Source: Callorhinchus milii
Lineage: Eukaryota
Assembly: GCF_018977255.1 (NCBI RefSeq)
Contig: NW_024704743.1
Location: 42,782,001-42,846,000 of the forward strand
Length of the DNA: 64,000 nt
Direction of reading: 5' to 3'
Position numbers and translations under genes: made by a program. The stretch's first letter is position 1. Each line of letters begins with the position of its first letter. Below the pieces are notes generated by a model that worked only from the letters and a program-made list of their open reading frames with translations, had not been told where the DNA came from and ran no database searches. Below are positions 13,400-26,912 of this stretch, one piece after another.

Positions 13400-16040
13400 T
13401 TGTGCTAAACCAGTGCTCTGTAGTGTCCCTGCTCCTACCCCCACACTCTGATACTCCCACTCTGTCCTTCTCTTCCACTGCCATCCATGCCTTCTCTCTC
13501 TCCTGGATCTCACTATTACCTCCCTCTGCTCCAGCCTGGGCATCCTCCACCAGGCCCATCGTGACTCCCGGTGTTGGTTATCCCATAGTAGCCACCCCAC
13601 TATCCCATCGCTCACTCTCTCCACGCCAACTGCCTCCGAAAGGCAAACACCCCTTCCCCTCCCTCATCCATACCCTCTCCAATTCTCCCCCCTCCTCAAA
13701 CTTCACAGGCATTTCTCCCCCACAACCCAAATTCTCTTTACACCACTCTCACCTCCATCTCCCCCAACAGTAAACCTATCCGCATTTCCCTCCAAAATGT
13801 ACGCTCCCTCTCCAATAAAGCCCTTACTATCCATGACCTCATCCTGGACGAGCACATTGATATTCTTGGGCTTGCAGAAACGTGGCTCTCCCCTGGTGAC
13901 CCTGTCCCCCTCGTTGAAGCCTTCCCTTCTGGCTACACTTTCCACCACACCCCCCGCTCCAACCAACGTGGTGGCGGGGTGGCCCTCATTTCCCAAGCTT
14001 ACCTCAGTCTATCCCTTTATTCCTCTGGCTATTTCTCCTCCTTTAAGTACCTCACCCTCTACCTCCCTCCTCTCTCTCCCTCCCTCAAAATTCTTCTAGT
14101 TTACCGCCTCACTAAGCCTCCTGGCTCCTTTCTCACCAATATCTCCTCTCTCCTCTCATCCCTGTCCTTTTGCACTAAACATCTGCTCAAAATGGATGAT
14201 TTCAACCTCCACCTAAACTTCCCTTGCACCACCTCCTCAGATTTCACTGCCCTCCTCTCCTCCCTAAACCTCACACTCCACATCACCAAACCGCAACCGT
14301 GGCTATTTCCTGGACTTCGTCATCACACATAACTTTGACATTTCCGACCTGTCTATCACAAACAAGGCCATCTCGGACCACTTCCTCATCTCCCTCTACT
14401 GCCACATCCCTTTTTCCAAACCTTCCATTATTACTTCCGCCCCTGGAAAAAGCTTCCCCCTGAGTCCCTCACAAATGCCTTGTCTTCCTCGGACCTCCTC
14501 TCCCTCTGGTCCTCCACCCACAACAATCCTGCTGCAGCCGTTAAGCTGCTGAATGACCATCTCTCCAAAAACTTCAATTCCAGGCTCCTCTGAAATCCAG
14601 GGCTGTTTCCAAATCCACCCGCTCCCCCGTTACAGCAGTCATCTCCACTCACTCAAAACACAAATCTGGATGCTCGAGCCCAGATGGCAGAAATCCAGCC
14701 TCACGATTCACCGCCAGCCGTGGCTTGAGCACCTCTGCACCTACCACCTCTCCCTTTCACAGGCCAAAACTGAGTTTTATTCCAAAGCCCTGGAATGCAT
14801 TGTTGCAGGTCAACTTCAGTCACACCTCTCCCTCCACTGCCTCCTCGAGCCCCTCAATCTGGTTTTCACTTGTCACAAATGACGTCCTCTATCTGTGACC
14901 AGGGCTCCTTCTGCCTCCTTGTCCTCCTGGATCTCTCTACCATCTTTGACACAGTCAACCACGCCATCCTCCTCCACCGCTTTTCCTCCCTTATCCAGTT
15001 TAGTAGGCCCACACTCACATGGTTCAAGTCCTACTTAACCGACTACCGCCACTTCATCTCGGCAAATGGTTTCTCCTCCCGTCCCTGCCCAGTCATCTGT
15101 GGGATACCCCAGGGTTCCACCCTTGGCTCCCTTCTTTGCCTCATATATATGCACCCACTGGATGAAGTCATCTGCACGTATGGGGCAAACTTCCACATGT
15201 ACGTGATGATGCAAAAATCTATTTTGCCTCCTCCAGCATCGACACCAGGTCCACTGATGTTCTATCAGCTTGTCTGGCAGACATCAAGGCCTGGATGAGT
15301 GCAACTTCCTGCAGCTGAATATGGACAAGACAGAAGCCATCCCCCTTGGCTCCCATCAATATTTTCACTCCTGCGGATCTAAACTCCTTAACCTCCCTGG
15401 GCTCTCGTTCAGACTCATCAGACCACTGCGCAACCTAGGCATCTGATTCAACCCCCAGTTGTCCTTCCTCCACCACATCCGGACCTTGACCAGAACCACC
15501 TTTCTCCACCTCCGCCATATTGCCCACCTCCGACCGTACCTTTCCCCAAATGCAGCCGGAACCCTCGTGCATGCGTTTGTCACTTCCTGCCTGGATTACT
15601 CCAATGCACTCCTTGCCCTTCTTCCCAGCTCCCATATTCAAAAAATCCAGATCAGTCAGAACTCTGCTGCCCACATATTGACCCGGATCAAACTCCGTAC
15701 CCCCATCTCACCAGTTCTGGCCAGGCTCCATTGGCTCCCCATCACCGAACGGATCAACTTCAAGATCTTCATACTTGTGTTCAAATCCCTTCTCTCTCTG
15801 GCTCCTCCCTATCTCTCCGACCTCGTCACTCCCCAATCCACCATTGGGGGCCTCCTCTCAACTGGCACCAGCTTCCCGCTCGTCCCTCATACCCTCCGCT
15901 CCACCATTGGAGGTCGCGCTTTCAGCCACTGCACCCCGAAACTATGGAACACTCTCCTTTAATCCCTCTGCCTTGCCCTCTCTCTCCCCTTTTTTCAAAT
16001 CTCACCTGAAACCTTTTGTATTCGACCGTGCTTATGGTCC
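13400..16040 (+). mobile_element. Near-full-length decayed L2 LINE (APE endonuclease + RT)
   Basis: APE: ISLQNVRSLSNK, LAETWL, RGGGVA, LVYR, DDFNLH, SDHFLI; RT: LLDLSTIFDTVNH, GIPQGSTLG, DYSNALL, LHWLP, RAFS..PKLWN; frameshifts, internal deletions, no 3' tail. Confidence 0.95.
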
Positions 16041-16044
16041 AAGC

Positions 16045-16260
16045 TATCCAGTCTAACCTATAGAAGTAACTGCTCTGGTATCATGCTTAAAAATCTATAC
16101 CTACACTGTACTTCTTTATGTGTGGAGACCAGAAATGGACACACTACTCCAAATGTGGTCTAGATTTTGTATACGTTCAACGTCATCACCTCACTTTTAC
16201 AATCTATCCCTCTGGATATAGAACCCAAGACTTATCTTTCAATTTCTGCCTTGCTGAACT
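16045..16260 (-). mobile_element. CR1 ORF2 C-terminal fragment
   Basis: GACCAGAAATGGACACACTACTCCAAATGTGGTCT is the reverse complement of RPHLE*CVHFWSP. Confidence 0.75.
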
Positions 16261-16473
16261 TCTGCATCTGAGAGTGCTGATCATTTATTTTGATATTAAA
16301 TTTCTTGAAAGATAAACTTATATATTTTAACATAACAAAACGTATTTAGATGAAACAGCAACAATTCCTTGACTTCTTCCTTTCATTTTGTTTTTGAATG
16401 CAATCACATCCAACTCGTATTGTTTATTTTTGGGGCAATTTGGAGTAAAAAGCGCCGAAGTATAAATTGGGTG

Positions 16474-16695
16474 CAACAACAGCAACAACTTGCACTTACA
16501 TAGCACCCTCCATGCTAGCATCTCAAAGCACTTAATAGTGGTAGAGCTTGACTCCGAGCTGGAGGGGGGCGGGGGCGGTGGGGGCCATAAGCACGGTTGA
16601 AGAGAAAGATTCTCAGGCGGGGAGAGGGAGGACAAGGCGAAGGGATTGAGGAAGAGTGTTCCAGAGTTTGGGGCATAGTGGCTGAAAGCATGTAA
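16474..16695 (-). mobile_element. L2 3' end (tail type B)
   Basis: HAFSHYAPNSG..; (CAA)n tail followed by CTTGCACTTACATAGCACCCTCCA. Confidence 0.85.
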
Positions 16696-17130
16696 AGCTC
16701 CCAACAATTGTTTCAGAGGGTTTGGGAAAGGGATATGTAGAATATTATAATTCAAACATTATTTCTAAATTGAAATTTGTTTTTTGCATTTATTTGTGTT
16801 GTTCAGCTTTAGTCATTCTGTATCAGAAGATAGTAAGACCATAGACTAACCCAACTGCCCAAGAGACAGCAATGGACAAAGTATTTGACAGAGAAGCATC
16901 CGCAACTGTTAGGACACAGTGCAAAGCATTTATTCTCACAGTCAACAAACCATTACAAAATAGAGTGATAGCATTTCCATCCACTGGAAATTTCAAACTG
17001 TTGCAGTATTAGCAAACATGTCAAGTGTCACTCACTAACACTGGCTGTATAATTTAATAGTGGGCTCCAGTATAGAGTTGTATAAACTACATGTAAAAGC
17101 AGAGGGAATTACAAGTGCCCACAATTAATA

Positions 17131-18135
17131 TACAACAATAACTTGCACTTATATAGTGCCCTCTACGCAGAGTAGCATCTCAGAGCGCTTAACAGTGGCG
17201 GAGCCTGACTCCGAGCCAGGGGGAGGGGTAGGTGGCCAAAAGCATGGTCAAAGAGGAAAGTTTTGGGATGTAGTGGCTGAAAGAATGACCTCCAATGGTG
17301 GGACGAAGGGTGCGAGGGATGAGAAGGAGGCAGGTGCCAATCGAGTGGAAGCGTCGGGTGGTGTATTGGCCAGTGGAGCCTGGCCAGAACTGGTGAGATG
17401 TGGGTACAGTGTTTGGTCTGGGTCAGTATGCGGGCAGCAGAGTTCTGAATGAGCTGGATCTTGCGAATGGTGGAGCTGAGGAGACCAGCGAGGAATGTGT
17501 TGGAGTAATCCAAGCAGGAGGTGACAAATGCATGCACGAGGATTTGGGCTGCATTTGGGGTAAGGTACGATTGGAGGCGGGCAATGTAGCGGAGGTGGAA
17601 GAAGGCGGTCCTGGTCAGTGACCGGATGTGGGGTAGGAAGGACAGCTGGGGGTCGAACCGGATGCCTTGGTTGCACACTGCTTCAATGAGTCTGAGGGAG
17701 AGCCCAGGGAGGTTTAGGAGTTAGATCCACAAAAGTGAAGACCTTGACAGGAACCAGGAGTATGGCTTCTGTCTTGTCCATATTCAGCTGCAGGAAGTTT
17801 ACATTCATCCAGGCCCTGATGTCTGCCAGACAAGCTTACAGAACATTGGCGGACCTGGAGTTGGTACTGGAGGAGGAAAAGTAGATTTGTGTGTCATCCG
17901 CAAATATGCGGAAGTTTACCCCGTGTCTGCGGAAGACATCACCCAGAGGGAGCATATAGATAAGGAAAAGAAGAGGGCCAAGGATGGAGCCCTGGGTTAC
18001 CCCGCAGGTGTCCGGACGGGGCCGGGAGGAGAAACCATTTGCCGAGATGAAATGGAGAGTAGGACTCGAACCATGCAAGTGCCACTAAGGTAGATGAGGG
18101 AGGAGAGCCAATGGAGGAGGATGGGGTGGTCAACT
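17131..18135 (-). mobile_element. L2 LINE 3' ~1 kb (RT domain to tail type B)
   Basis: [44 protein letters not shown]. Confidence 0.95.
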
Positions 18136-20047
18136 GGTAAAAGGAATCCAGTATCATCTGTCACAATTTCATTGTATGTTAATTAAATAATAAAATAAAA
18201 ATAATAAACCTTGTTATTTGATATTGAACCTTTCACATTGTGAGGACATCTCAAATCACCCAATAGGTTCACTGTAAAATGTGATGACTTTTTATTTTGT
18301 AGGCAAATGGGAACTGTAATTTTCCATGTACATATATGTTTGCACATGGTTCACATAACTCACAAATTGAACTTACATATTTAAAGGAATTGCAAACAAT
18401 GTCATTCTTACTTATTTGACTCTAATAATATAAATGTTGGTACTCCAAAATGATATCCCTATAAATTAAAGCAATCCAAAGATTAACTGTAAAGCAAATA
18501 AAGCTAATTTACTCATATTTTTTCTGAAGATCAATCAAAGCAAATCATGACTGAAGTGATCACCTCAATTTGTAGTGCAGCCAGTTCCTGTAACACAACC
18601 ATGTACAGAAAGAGATCATCACCTTTCCAAATTGTATTCTTATATTTTAGAGTAGTGGTTAAAGTCATTGCACAGCAAATTAATACAAATGAAATCATTC
18701 AACAGTGACTCCATCTGCTGTTCAAATGAGATTCGGACAGTTTTGAAAGTGGCAAAGCTCCAAATAATTAGGCCCAACTCCAAATGGATCCATACAGGTA
18801 ACTTATGGCTTCATTAACTCTCCCCATGAAGGCTTGCATCCAAAATTCACCTTAATCGTGAAACATATGATCAAACGACATTCTGTCTTGAGGCAGACAA
18901 TTAATTCTGTTTGCTCAGGGAACAAGATCAGTGGATGAGTAGCAAATGTATGAAGCAAATCTGGGACTAAGGGGAAAAAATGCAGCTGTCAGATATGCAA
19001 AGTTTGCAAAAAGTGCTTGTAATTTGTGCTTTAGGTGGTTGATCATAATACATTAAGGTTTTGCAAAAACAGACAGTGATATTATATGGCTACATGTATT
19101 TGGTTTTTTAAATCAACACAAGAATTATTAACTAATAACAAATGTTATTCATCTTCATGATCACTGGATGACAGTCTATTTAAAATAACTAATCACTACA
19201 CCTCATTGAATACTACACGGTGAATATGACCTTCACATCTCGAAGGCAGACAATTGTTCTTGCCATACATTCCCTGTGCCTCATTAATTGACAGCCATTG
19301 GCATTCTTTATCTTAAGAAAATGTAAAGCAGGCTGGACTCTGACTAGTTATTTACACGGAGGGACTCAGCGGATGACATTTCCTCTGATTGATCACTGAC
19401 ATTTGATTTAAAATTACCCCCTCAAACCATGACCAGACGCTCTCATTCTTTTTGGTGGGGAGGGAGAAGTCACCTCATTCCCATGTCACCACTAAAGGTC
19501 CTAATTTGATTGATAATGGACGAGAACAATATTTTATTAATGTTTACTTTGGTCGGGCACCTCATTACTTATCCGTTTCCTTGTCATCTGCAATTGCTAC
19601 ATCCTGTGAGAGCTTATGAAAGTCATTTTTTAATATTATGATATGAATATGAAATTTGTAATACCCTGAATTTAATATTGGAGATATATTATTTTTAACA
19701 TGTGCACATTTTAATTTAAAATCATTGATATTTTGGGCACACAAACATTAGAGTGTGCAATAATTATGAAGGGACTCGCAGTCCACTGCTCACTGTTTTC
19801 AAAGTAATAAAACAGGATCTATCATGGGAAATCCCATTATAAACATGCACACAAAGATCAGTATTTTTAGCCTGTTGGGTCTTTCCTCAGGTAGTCAAAT
19901 CTCATTGAAGTAGATGTTGCCTTTATAATATAATGAACCTTAGATGTGCCTAAAATTCTACTTTTCATTGTTTTCGCATACATTTTATTTTACTTTTTTC
20001 CCTTCAATATTCACGAGTTCTAAAGACACTGCCTTATGCTGAGGTAA

Positions 20048-20330
20048 AACAACAATAACTTGCACTTATGCAGCACGCTCCATGCAGGTAGCATCTCACA
20101 GCGCTTAACAGTGATGGAGCCTGACTCCGAGCTGGGGCGGTTGGGGGAGGTGACCTAAGCACGCTCGAAAAGGAAGGTCTTCAGGGGAAGAGAGGGGGCA
20201 AGGGATTGAGGGAATGTGTTCCAGAGTTTCGGGGCATAGTGGCTGAAAGCGTGAACTCTGATTGGAGAGCGGAGGGTGTGAGGGACAAGCAGGAAGCCAG
20301 TGCCAGTCAAGCAGAGGGGCCTGGTGGTGG
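20048..20330 (-). mobile_element. L2 3' end (tail type B)
   Basis: HAFSHYAPKLWNTFP..LKTFLF; type B tail. Confidence 0.9.
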
Positions 20331-20599
20331 AAATCACCTAACTGACCATTCTTCATGTCTAGGCAATGAATTTTGGTGAGGTATTTGACCACGGGGGAAA
20401 AATTAGGGTTAGGGCTATTGCAGCTGAACCTGATCTTTTTCTCATCAGTCACATTTCAGTGGGTGTATTGTACAGTAATCAGAAGCAGGGACTCAAAAAT
20501 GATTTTTGTTTCTCTACCCAGGGAAGGCCAGCCCTATCTAAGCCAACTATAATGTGCCTACCACCATCCCAGGTGAGACTGACTAACTCAGCTTCATTG

Positions 20600-20830
20600 A
20601 TCTTTCCACCCAAAGGGTAGTGAAAGTCTGGAACTCTCTCCCCCAAAAGGCTGTGGATGCTGGATCCATTCACATCTTCAAGACTGAGGTGGATAGCTGT
20701 TGTTAGGTCAGGGTTTTAAGGGAACCGGGGCAGGCGAGAGTAATTGGACTTGAGGTGTAGATCAGCCACGATCTTATAGAATGATGGAACAGGCTTGAGC
20801 GGCTGAATGGCCTATTCCTGTTTTTGTGAC
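20600..20830 (+). mobile_element. CR1 3' end
   Basis: TQRVVKVWNSLPQKAVDAGSI..FK.EVD; GATCAGCCACGATC...GGCTGAATGGCCTA. Confidence 0.85.
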
Positions 20831-21174
20831 TTAAATGTGTACCTTTTGTTACTGATTCCCTCAACCAAATGTATTAATGTATTAATATTTAACCCATCAT
20901 AAACTTTCATAATCTGGAAGATAAGATTCAGGTAATTCCCTTAATCTTTCCATCTTAAGTGAAAAAAGTCTAAATTTCTTAAGTCTCTTCATAACAGGAA
21001 CTTCTCAACCTTGATGTCACCCAGTAAACCTATGCTTGATTTTTTCCTATCGCCTTATACGCTTCCTAAATTGTGGTTCCCAAAACTATACACAATAATT
21101 CAATGTAGTGCTCAATTATACACAATACTGCAATGTGGTACTCAAAACTGACAATCACATCGGGGGAGCATCTA

Positions 21175-21970
21175 AACAACAACAACTTGCATTTATATAG
21201 CGACCTTCACATGGGGCAGCGTCTTGGAGCACTTAACAATGGCAGGACCGGCATTGAGCTGGGGGGAGGGAAGTGACCGTAAGCACGGTCAAAGAGGAAG
21301 GTCTTTAGTCGTGATCTAAAAGAGGGCAAAGAGGAGGCAGGGCAAAGCAGAGAGGTTGGGGGAGAGTGTTTCAAAGATCGGGGTGTAGTGGCTGAAAGTG
21401 CTGCCGCCAATGGTGGAGAGGACAAGGAACAAGCAGGAGGCCAGAGCCAGCCGAGCAGAGGTAGCGGGTAGTGGAATGGGAAGAAAGCAGGTCTGAAAAG
21501 GTAGGGAGGTGCCAGGGCATGAAGGGATTTGTAGACGAATGAGAGGATCTTGAAATCGATCCATTCTATAATAGGGAGCCAGTGGAACCTGGCAAGGACT
21601 GGTGTGATGGGGATCTCAAAGCATTTCATACAGCTGGCTGAGTGCCTGAGATGGGGGAAGGGAGATGTCATGGAAGGAGTTTGGGGGAGGGGTGAAAGGT
21701 GGTCAAAATGGTAGGTCTTGGGATCGACTTCAAAGACAGAGAGGGAGGAGGCACGGCAGAGGGACTCCAGGTGGAGTTCCAGAGGGCAGGGGAACAAATG
21801 GTTCAAGTCCGCCCACTAAGGATGGTGTGTATCAAGTCAGAGACTGGTGTTTGCTGAGAGGAGGGAGCGCCAGGGCAGTAGGGATGCAGGGGCTTGCAGG
21901 GGTAGGGTGGGACAAGCCATGGAGGGATTTGAATGTGAGGACAAGGATCTTGAATTCACTCCGCTTGGGC
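21175..21970 (-). mobile_element. Two adjacent L2 3' fragments
   Basis: FHWLPIIEWIDFKIL...LKTFLFDRAY (21175-21620) and an older EFKILVLTFKSLHGL copy (21650-21970). Confidence 0.85.
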
Positions 21971-24194
21971 AATGGTTTGCATGATCGAGGGTTGAGGGAT
22001 TGACAGCTGACAAGGTCAAACTTTGCTAAGAACCTTATCATTTCTCATGAGCTTGTAATATTAAAATGATGATATACGTAAAGAGATGATAGCATTGCTT
22101 TCATTTCAGAATCCTAATCACATCAGTGAGTGCTCCAAGATCAATGTGCACCAGAATTGAAACATTTGTTGCACCATATGCTTGCCTTTATAAAGCAATA
22201 ATTAGATAGTTACAGCCTGTAATTACAAAATGGAAATTTTTTTGTCAGATAGATACATGTTTATGAGTTTCATTGTTTATGTATTTGCTTCTCCATACAG
22301 TAACCTAGTTAAGCTCGAAACCTTGTCTTTAATAGCCACGAGTAGCTTTCAGCGGAATCGCAGTGCATGCAGAAAAAATTGTTGCAAAAAAAGCAACCTA
22401 GAATATATCCAGAGCAGCACAGTGCATCGCAACTTTAATATACCACAAATCGGTGGGAAACTGGTCCATGTCCTCAATTGTCCTCATTTATTCATCTACA
22501 CAGCAAGTTACTGATTTTAGCAGCTTACGTGTTGGGAGTGGTATTTCTCCACGAGAAGGGAGGAAACATCATAGGGAGAGCACTGAATTAGATTCAGCAA
22601 AAGCTGAGATGTTTAAAAGGGTTTAAATACAGTATACTGAATCTTAATGTTTCCTTATAGTCTTTAGGAATGTAGAATTCCCCTACTGGCATTTGACCAT
22701 CACATGTCTTTTATAGTTCTGAAGAGGGCACAGATAAAACTATTAAGAATAGCACTGAGAGATTTGTTTGTCTTTTATCCCAACTCTTTGCTTCCCACTA
22801 TCTTCAAATCAAATGTTATATTTTGGGATGTCTGTGCCCCATTCTGAACCACAGAAGGTGGGTTAATGGTGCACTGTTTAAATCCAATAGGAGGAAGTTT
22901 TCATCACTGCAGATCACAGGGAAACACCCAAAGACATTCTTTGACACTTGGCGGTGACAAGTGACAAGTGGATCCCCAGATATTATTGCCTGAGCCCCGC
23001 TTATCACTCTATACACAAATTACTCCATTCACTATACTTGGATTTACACACACACTTCCAAACATTTGCTAAACCAGAAGGTGCAGTGAACTCTAAATAA
23101 ATAATAGTAATAAAAATAATAATCCTTGTATTTAATATAGCTCATTTCATGTCTGGAAGGCATCTTAAAGTGCTTCAAAGGATTTACTTTGAAGTGTAGT
23201 ACCTGGATTTTGTAGGCAAAATGAACAGAATTTAGCTAGCACGGTGCCTAAGAAGCCTTAACCCAGAGGAAGGGAAAAAAAGAATCAAATGCTTCATGGA
23301 GAAAATTGATGGACAGAAATAAGAGGGATGGAAAGAATCAGAGAATCATAGAAATTTACAGAAGGAGGCTATGTGAATGATCGAATCTGCATTGCCATGA
23401 CGAGACCAAACCTGACATACAGGAACTGAATGTTGAAAAATATTTATACATTCAGACAGGAACACTGACTTCAATATATATTACTCAAGGTGACCGTTTT
23501 CAAGTTTTTTTGTGAAAACTGTAATAAAGATTTAAATATTGCTGAAATTCAGAAGCTGAAATGATCTATTGCCATGAGTAGTATATGCTTCTTTATGTAA
23601 GATTAAACCAGCAATATGTGCGTTGGAGGAAATTCACTGTTGATGATGACAAGGTACACCCACACTAATCAAATGATAAGGCACAATATATAATGCAAGT
23701 ATTATGATTTATAGGTTGAATTATGATCCAATCCTCCCTGGTGTTTTCCCGCCCATGGCCAAGAAAATTGCCCCCAGTTCTGAAAATCCACTCGGTGAAT
23801 ATTAGCATTTTTATCTAATTCTTTTATTTCACCACCATAGGTAGAATGTGTATTGTGGATAAAAGGGATTTACCGATAGACGAACAGGCAGTATATTGAC
23901 TGCTGGCTAACCATGGGTAAGGATTGTGCCTCATGATTACTTGTGCCCTGAGCTATCTTTTATCATCCTGTCTTTTATCCTTCTGTAATGCTTGGAATAA
24001 CAAGGATTAACATTTAGAACATTATTTGAGATTTCTCAAAGCTCCACTTAGCAAAAGTTTTGCATCTGGACTCTGTATAAACAGATCATTGAACTATCAA
24101 AATGAAGATGTTGAAGACAAGAATATGTTCCTATCCTAACCCCTCCCGATTTTGCATGAAGTATTGGGAGAATATCTCCAAGCATTTCACAGGA

Positions 24195-24503
24195 TAATAA
24201 TGATAATAATCCTTGCATTTGTTATAGCGCCTTATTTACACCGTTGAGATGTCTCAAAGTGCTTCACAGAACATACTGTAAAGTGAATTGACTGTGTATC
24301 TTGTGGGAGAAATGTGACCAGCCAATTGCGCAAGGCAGTGTCCCACAATCATGGATGGAGTGACCAATTTTTTTTACGGGATTATTACCCCTGGAAAAGC
24401 CATCTGCCAATCAACTAACAACCGGATTTGTATGTACTGCTGGTAATCTGCTTGTGGAGTAAAGTAATTTGCCTAAGGTTTCGCCCTGCCATGGAATCGA
24501 ACA
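24195..24503 (-). mobile_element. tRNA-Ala SINE, long-form derived, 5' truncated
   Basis: Family tail and body with a partial TACTGCTGG segment. Confidence 0.8.
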
Positions 24504-24629
24504 GGAGATGTACTGAAATGTGTTGTGACTGTGTATTTCGTAAACAAACCAAAGTGTAGGATGTAGATGCAATACTTCTACACTTGGGGCCCTGATAAAG
24601 CTTCCCTCAGATTGGATCATAAAATCACA

Positions 24630-24832
24630 AGATTAGTTTGGACAACGAAGACTCTTTGGCCCATCAGATTTCATCCCTCCAGAATACCCATCCTATCATC
24701 TTCCCATTACATCATCAAACTAGTTTATGAATGAATCCAATGTTCCGGCCTCCATTACTCATGCTAGTAACCTGTTAACCTTTGGATAAAGAAGAACATC
24801 CTGGTGGCTGTCCTGAAATTGCCCTTTACAAT
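24630..24832 (-). mobile_element. CR1 3' end
   Basis: Similar to 225-390 and 63000-63220. Confidence 0.65.
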
Positions 24833-25464
24833 AGATTAAATGTAACCAGTAGATATAAAACTTTGTATTCTTACTTGCTCAAATGTTGGATTTGTTATCT
24901 AGTTTGATCTTCTAAGATGATTTGACAAACAATGTTGAGAAATTAACATATAATGTTTGGTTCCAGCTAAATCTGTTTAAAGTAATTTCAGCAACTTGAC
25001 AATAAATGGCACTTCTTAAAAGAAAATCCAGCAATCAGAGAAATGTTATGATCTTGAAGCTAAAATACAAACATAATAATCCCTGCAATGTCATCACATA
25101 CTCTGCTGACCTGCACGTTAAAACAACAAAAATCGTCGCTGACTTAAGACCAAAATATGCAATATAAATTATTTAATGTGAATGAAGCCCACTTTAACAT
25201 TCGACAGCAGCAATTTAGGATAATAATCCTTGCATTTGATAAAGTGCGTTCCTATCAGTAGGACATCTCATAGCACTTCACATTATAGGTACCCCGTTTG
25301 TCTACAAATTACACAGTAAATCTCATGAAGCACTTTGAGATGCCGTCCTGATGTAAAAGGCACTATACCAAATGCAAGGATTAACAATATTAAAGCATCA
25401 TAAAATAGGAATTCTTTCAGCAGAACATTGTTGGGTACAAGACACAAAAATAATTAAATTCATT

Positions 25465-25700
25465 ATAGAATTAAAAACATTACAGCATTAAAACAGGCTC
25501 TTCAGATCAACTGGCCTGTGCTAGTATTTATACTTCACATAAGCCTCCTCCCTTCCTAGTCACCTCTCATTCCCATCTATTCACTTCTCTCTCATGTATG
25601 CATCTAGTTTTCAATTAAATTCATTTAGATTTCTGCTTCAACCATAGCTTACAGCAGTGAGTTCCAAATTTGTCCTACTGTCTGTGTGAAGTTCTTCATT
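25465..25700 (-). mobile_element. CR1 3' end
   Basis: GCTTCAACCA...GCAGTGAGTTCCA...CTGTGTGAAG is the reverse complement of the FTQ.V..WNSL..VEA region. Confidence 0.7.
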
Positions 25701-25904
25701 CCGAGATTCCCAGAGAAAAGAAAAAAAGAAAAACCTCTAACTGAAGACTCAAACAGTAGTTTTGGAAACATGTAGCATTTGGAGTGTTTTTATTCAGATT
25801 TTGTTTTTATTAAAAATAGTACTTTTTAATTAAAATAATTTCCAACAAATAAAAATTATTTTTCCTCAACCAGTAAACTATTTTGGAGTGATAGTTTTAC
25901 TTTG

Positions 25905-26328
25905 AAGTTCGAATTCAAGATCCTCATTCTGACTTTCAAGGCCGTCCATGGCCTTGCCCATTCCTTCCTCTCTGACCTGCTGACTCCCTACCAACCTACC
26001 CGCTCCCTCCGTTCAGCGGGTTCTGGCCTGCTCCATGTCTCCCGCCCGACTCACCCTACCATCGGTGGCCGGGCTTTCAGCCTCTCTGCCCCCACACTCT
26101 GGAACTCCATCCCACAGTCCCTTCACCTCGCTTCCTCCCTTACTTCCTTCAAGGCCAGTCTCAAGACCCTCCTCTTCGATCGTGCCTTCGGTCGCCCTCC
26201 CATCTCTCTGCCGTCCCTCACCCCTACACCACCCCTCCCCCATGCTCGGGTCCTGACCCCTGACTGTCCAGCACCTTGGGACGTCCTCCCGATGTGAAAG
26301 GCGCTCTATAAATGTAGTTTTGTTGTTC
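25905..26328 (+). mobile_element. L2 3' fragment (tail type A)
   Basis: EFKILILTFKAVHGLA...RSLRS...GGRAFSLSAPTLWNSIP...FKASLKTLLF; tail GACGTCCTCCCGATGTGAAAGGCGC. Confidence 0.95.
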
Positions 26329-26494
26329 TGCTTATATTAAATTGGAATATGTTTACCAAGGAATCTCTTATCATATATCAATGCTGTCCTCAGCTATTCA
26401 ACTGCGTTTACTACAAACTAAACCAAATTCCTTTTATGGCAGAATAACATGCTGTTAGCATATATCCTCCAGCAATGATTAATAATAAAAAATA

Positions 26495-26912
26495 GCATTA
26501 ATAATCCTCGAATCTTATATAGCGCTTTTTACGTCAGAAGGATTTCTCAAAGCACTCACAAGAGTCCACTATAATGTATAATGACTGTATATTTTGTAGG
26601 CACACAGCAACATCCTACAAACAGTCATAAAATGATCAATTATAACTGGGAGATTGTTGATCAGGACACTGAAAAGAAAACTGCTTTCTCTTTTTGAATC
26701 ATGCTATGGGATCTTTAACATCATCTGAACAGGAAGACAAGACCTCATTTTAACTTCTTATTCGGAGGACATCACCTCTAACAATGGAGTGCTCCCTGTT
26801 CATTGTATTGGAGTATTAGCCTAGACTCTAAGTTCAAAGTCCTGATGTGGGATTTGAACCCACAATCTTCTGTCTCATATGTGGGATTGCTACCAACTGT
26901 GCCACACTGTCA
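26495..26912 (-). mobile_element. DeuSINE, near full length
   Basis: ATGGGATCTTTAACATCATCTGAACAGG core; GGATTTGAACCCACAATCTTCTG B-box region. Confidence 0.8.

Noticed and set aside
13161..18157. Many overlapping Pro/Ser- or Gly/Glu-rich ORFs
   Set aside because: Alternative-frame and antisense readings of C-rich L2 sequence
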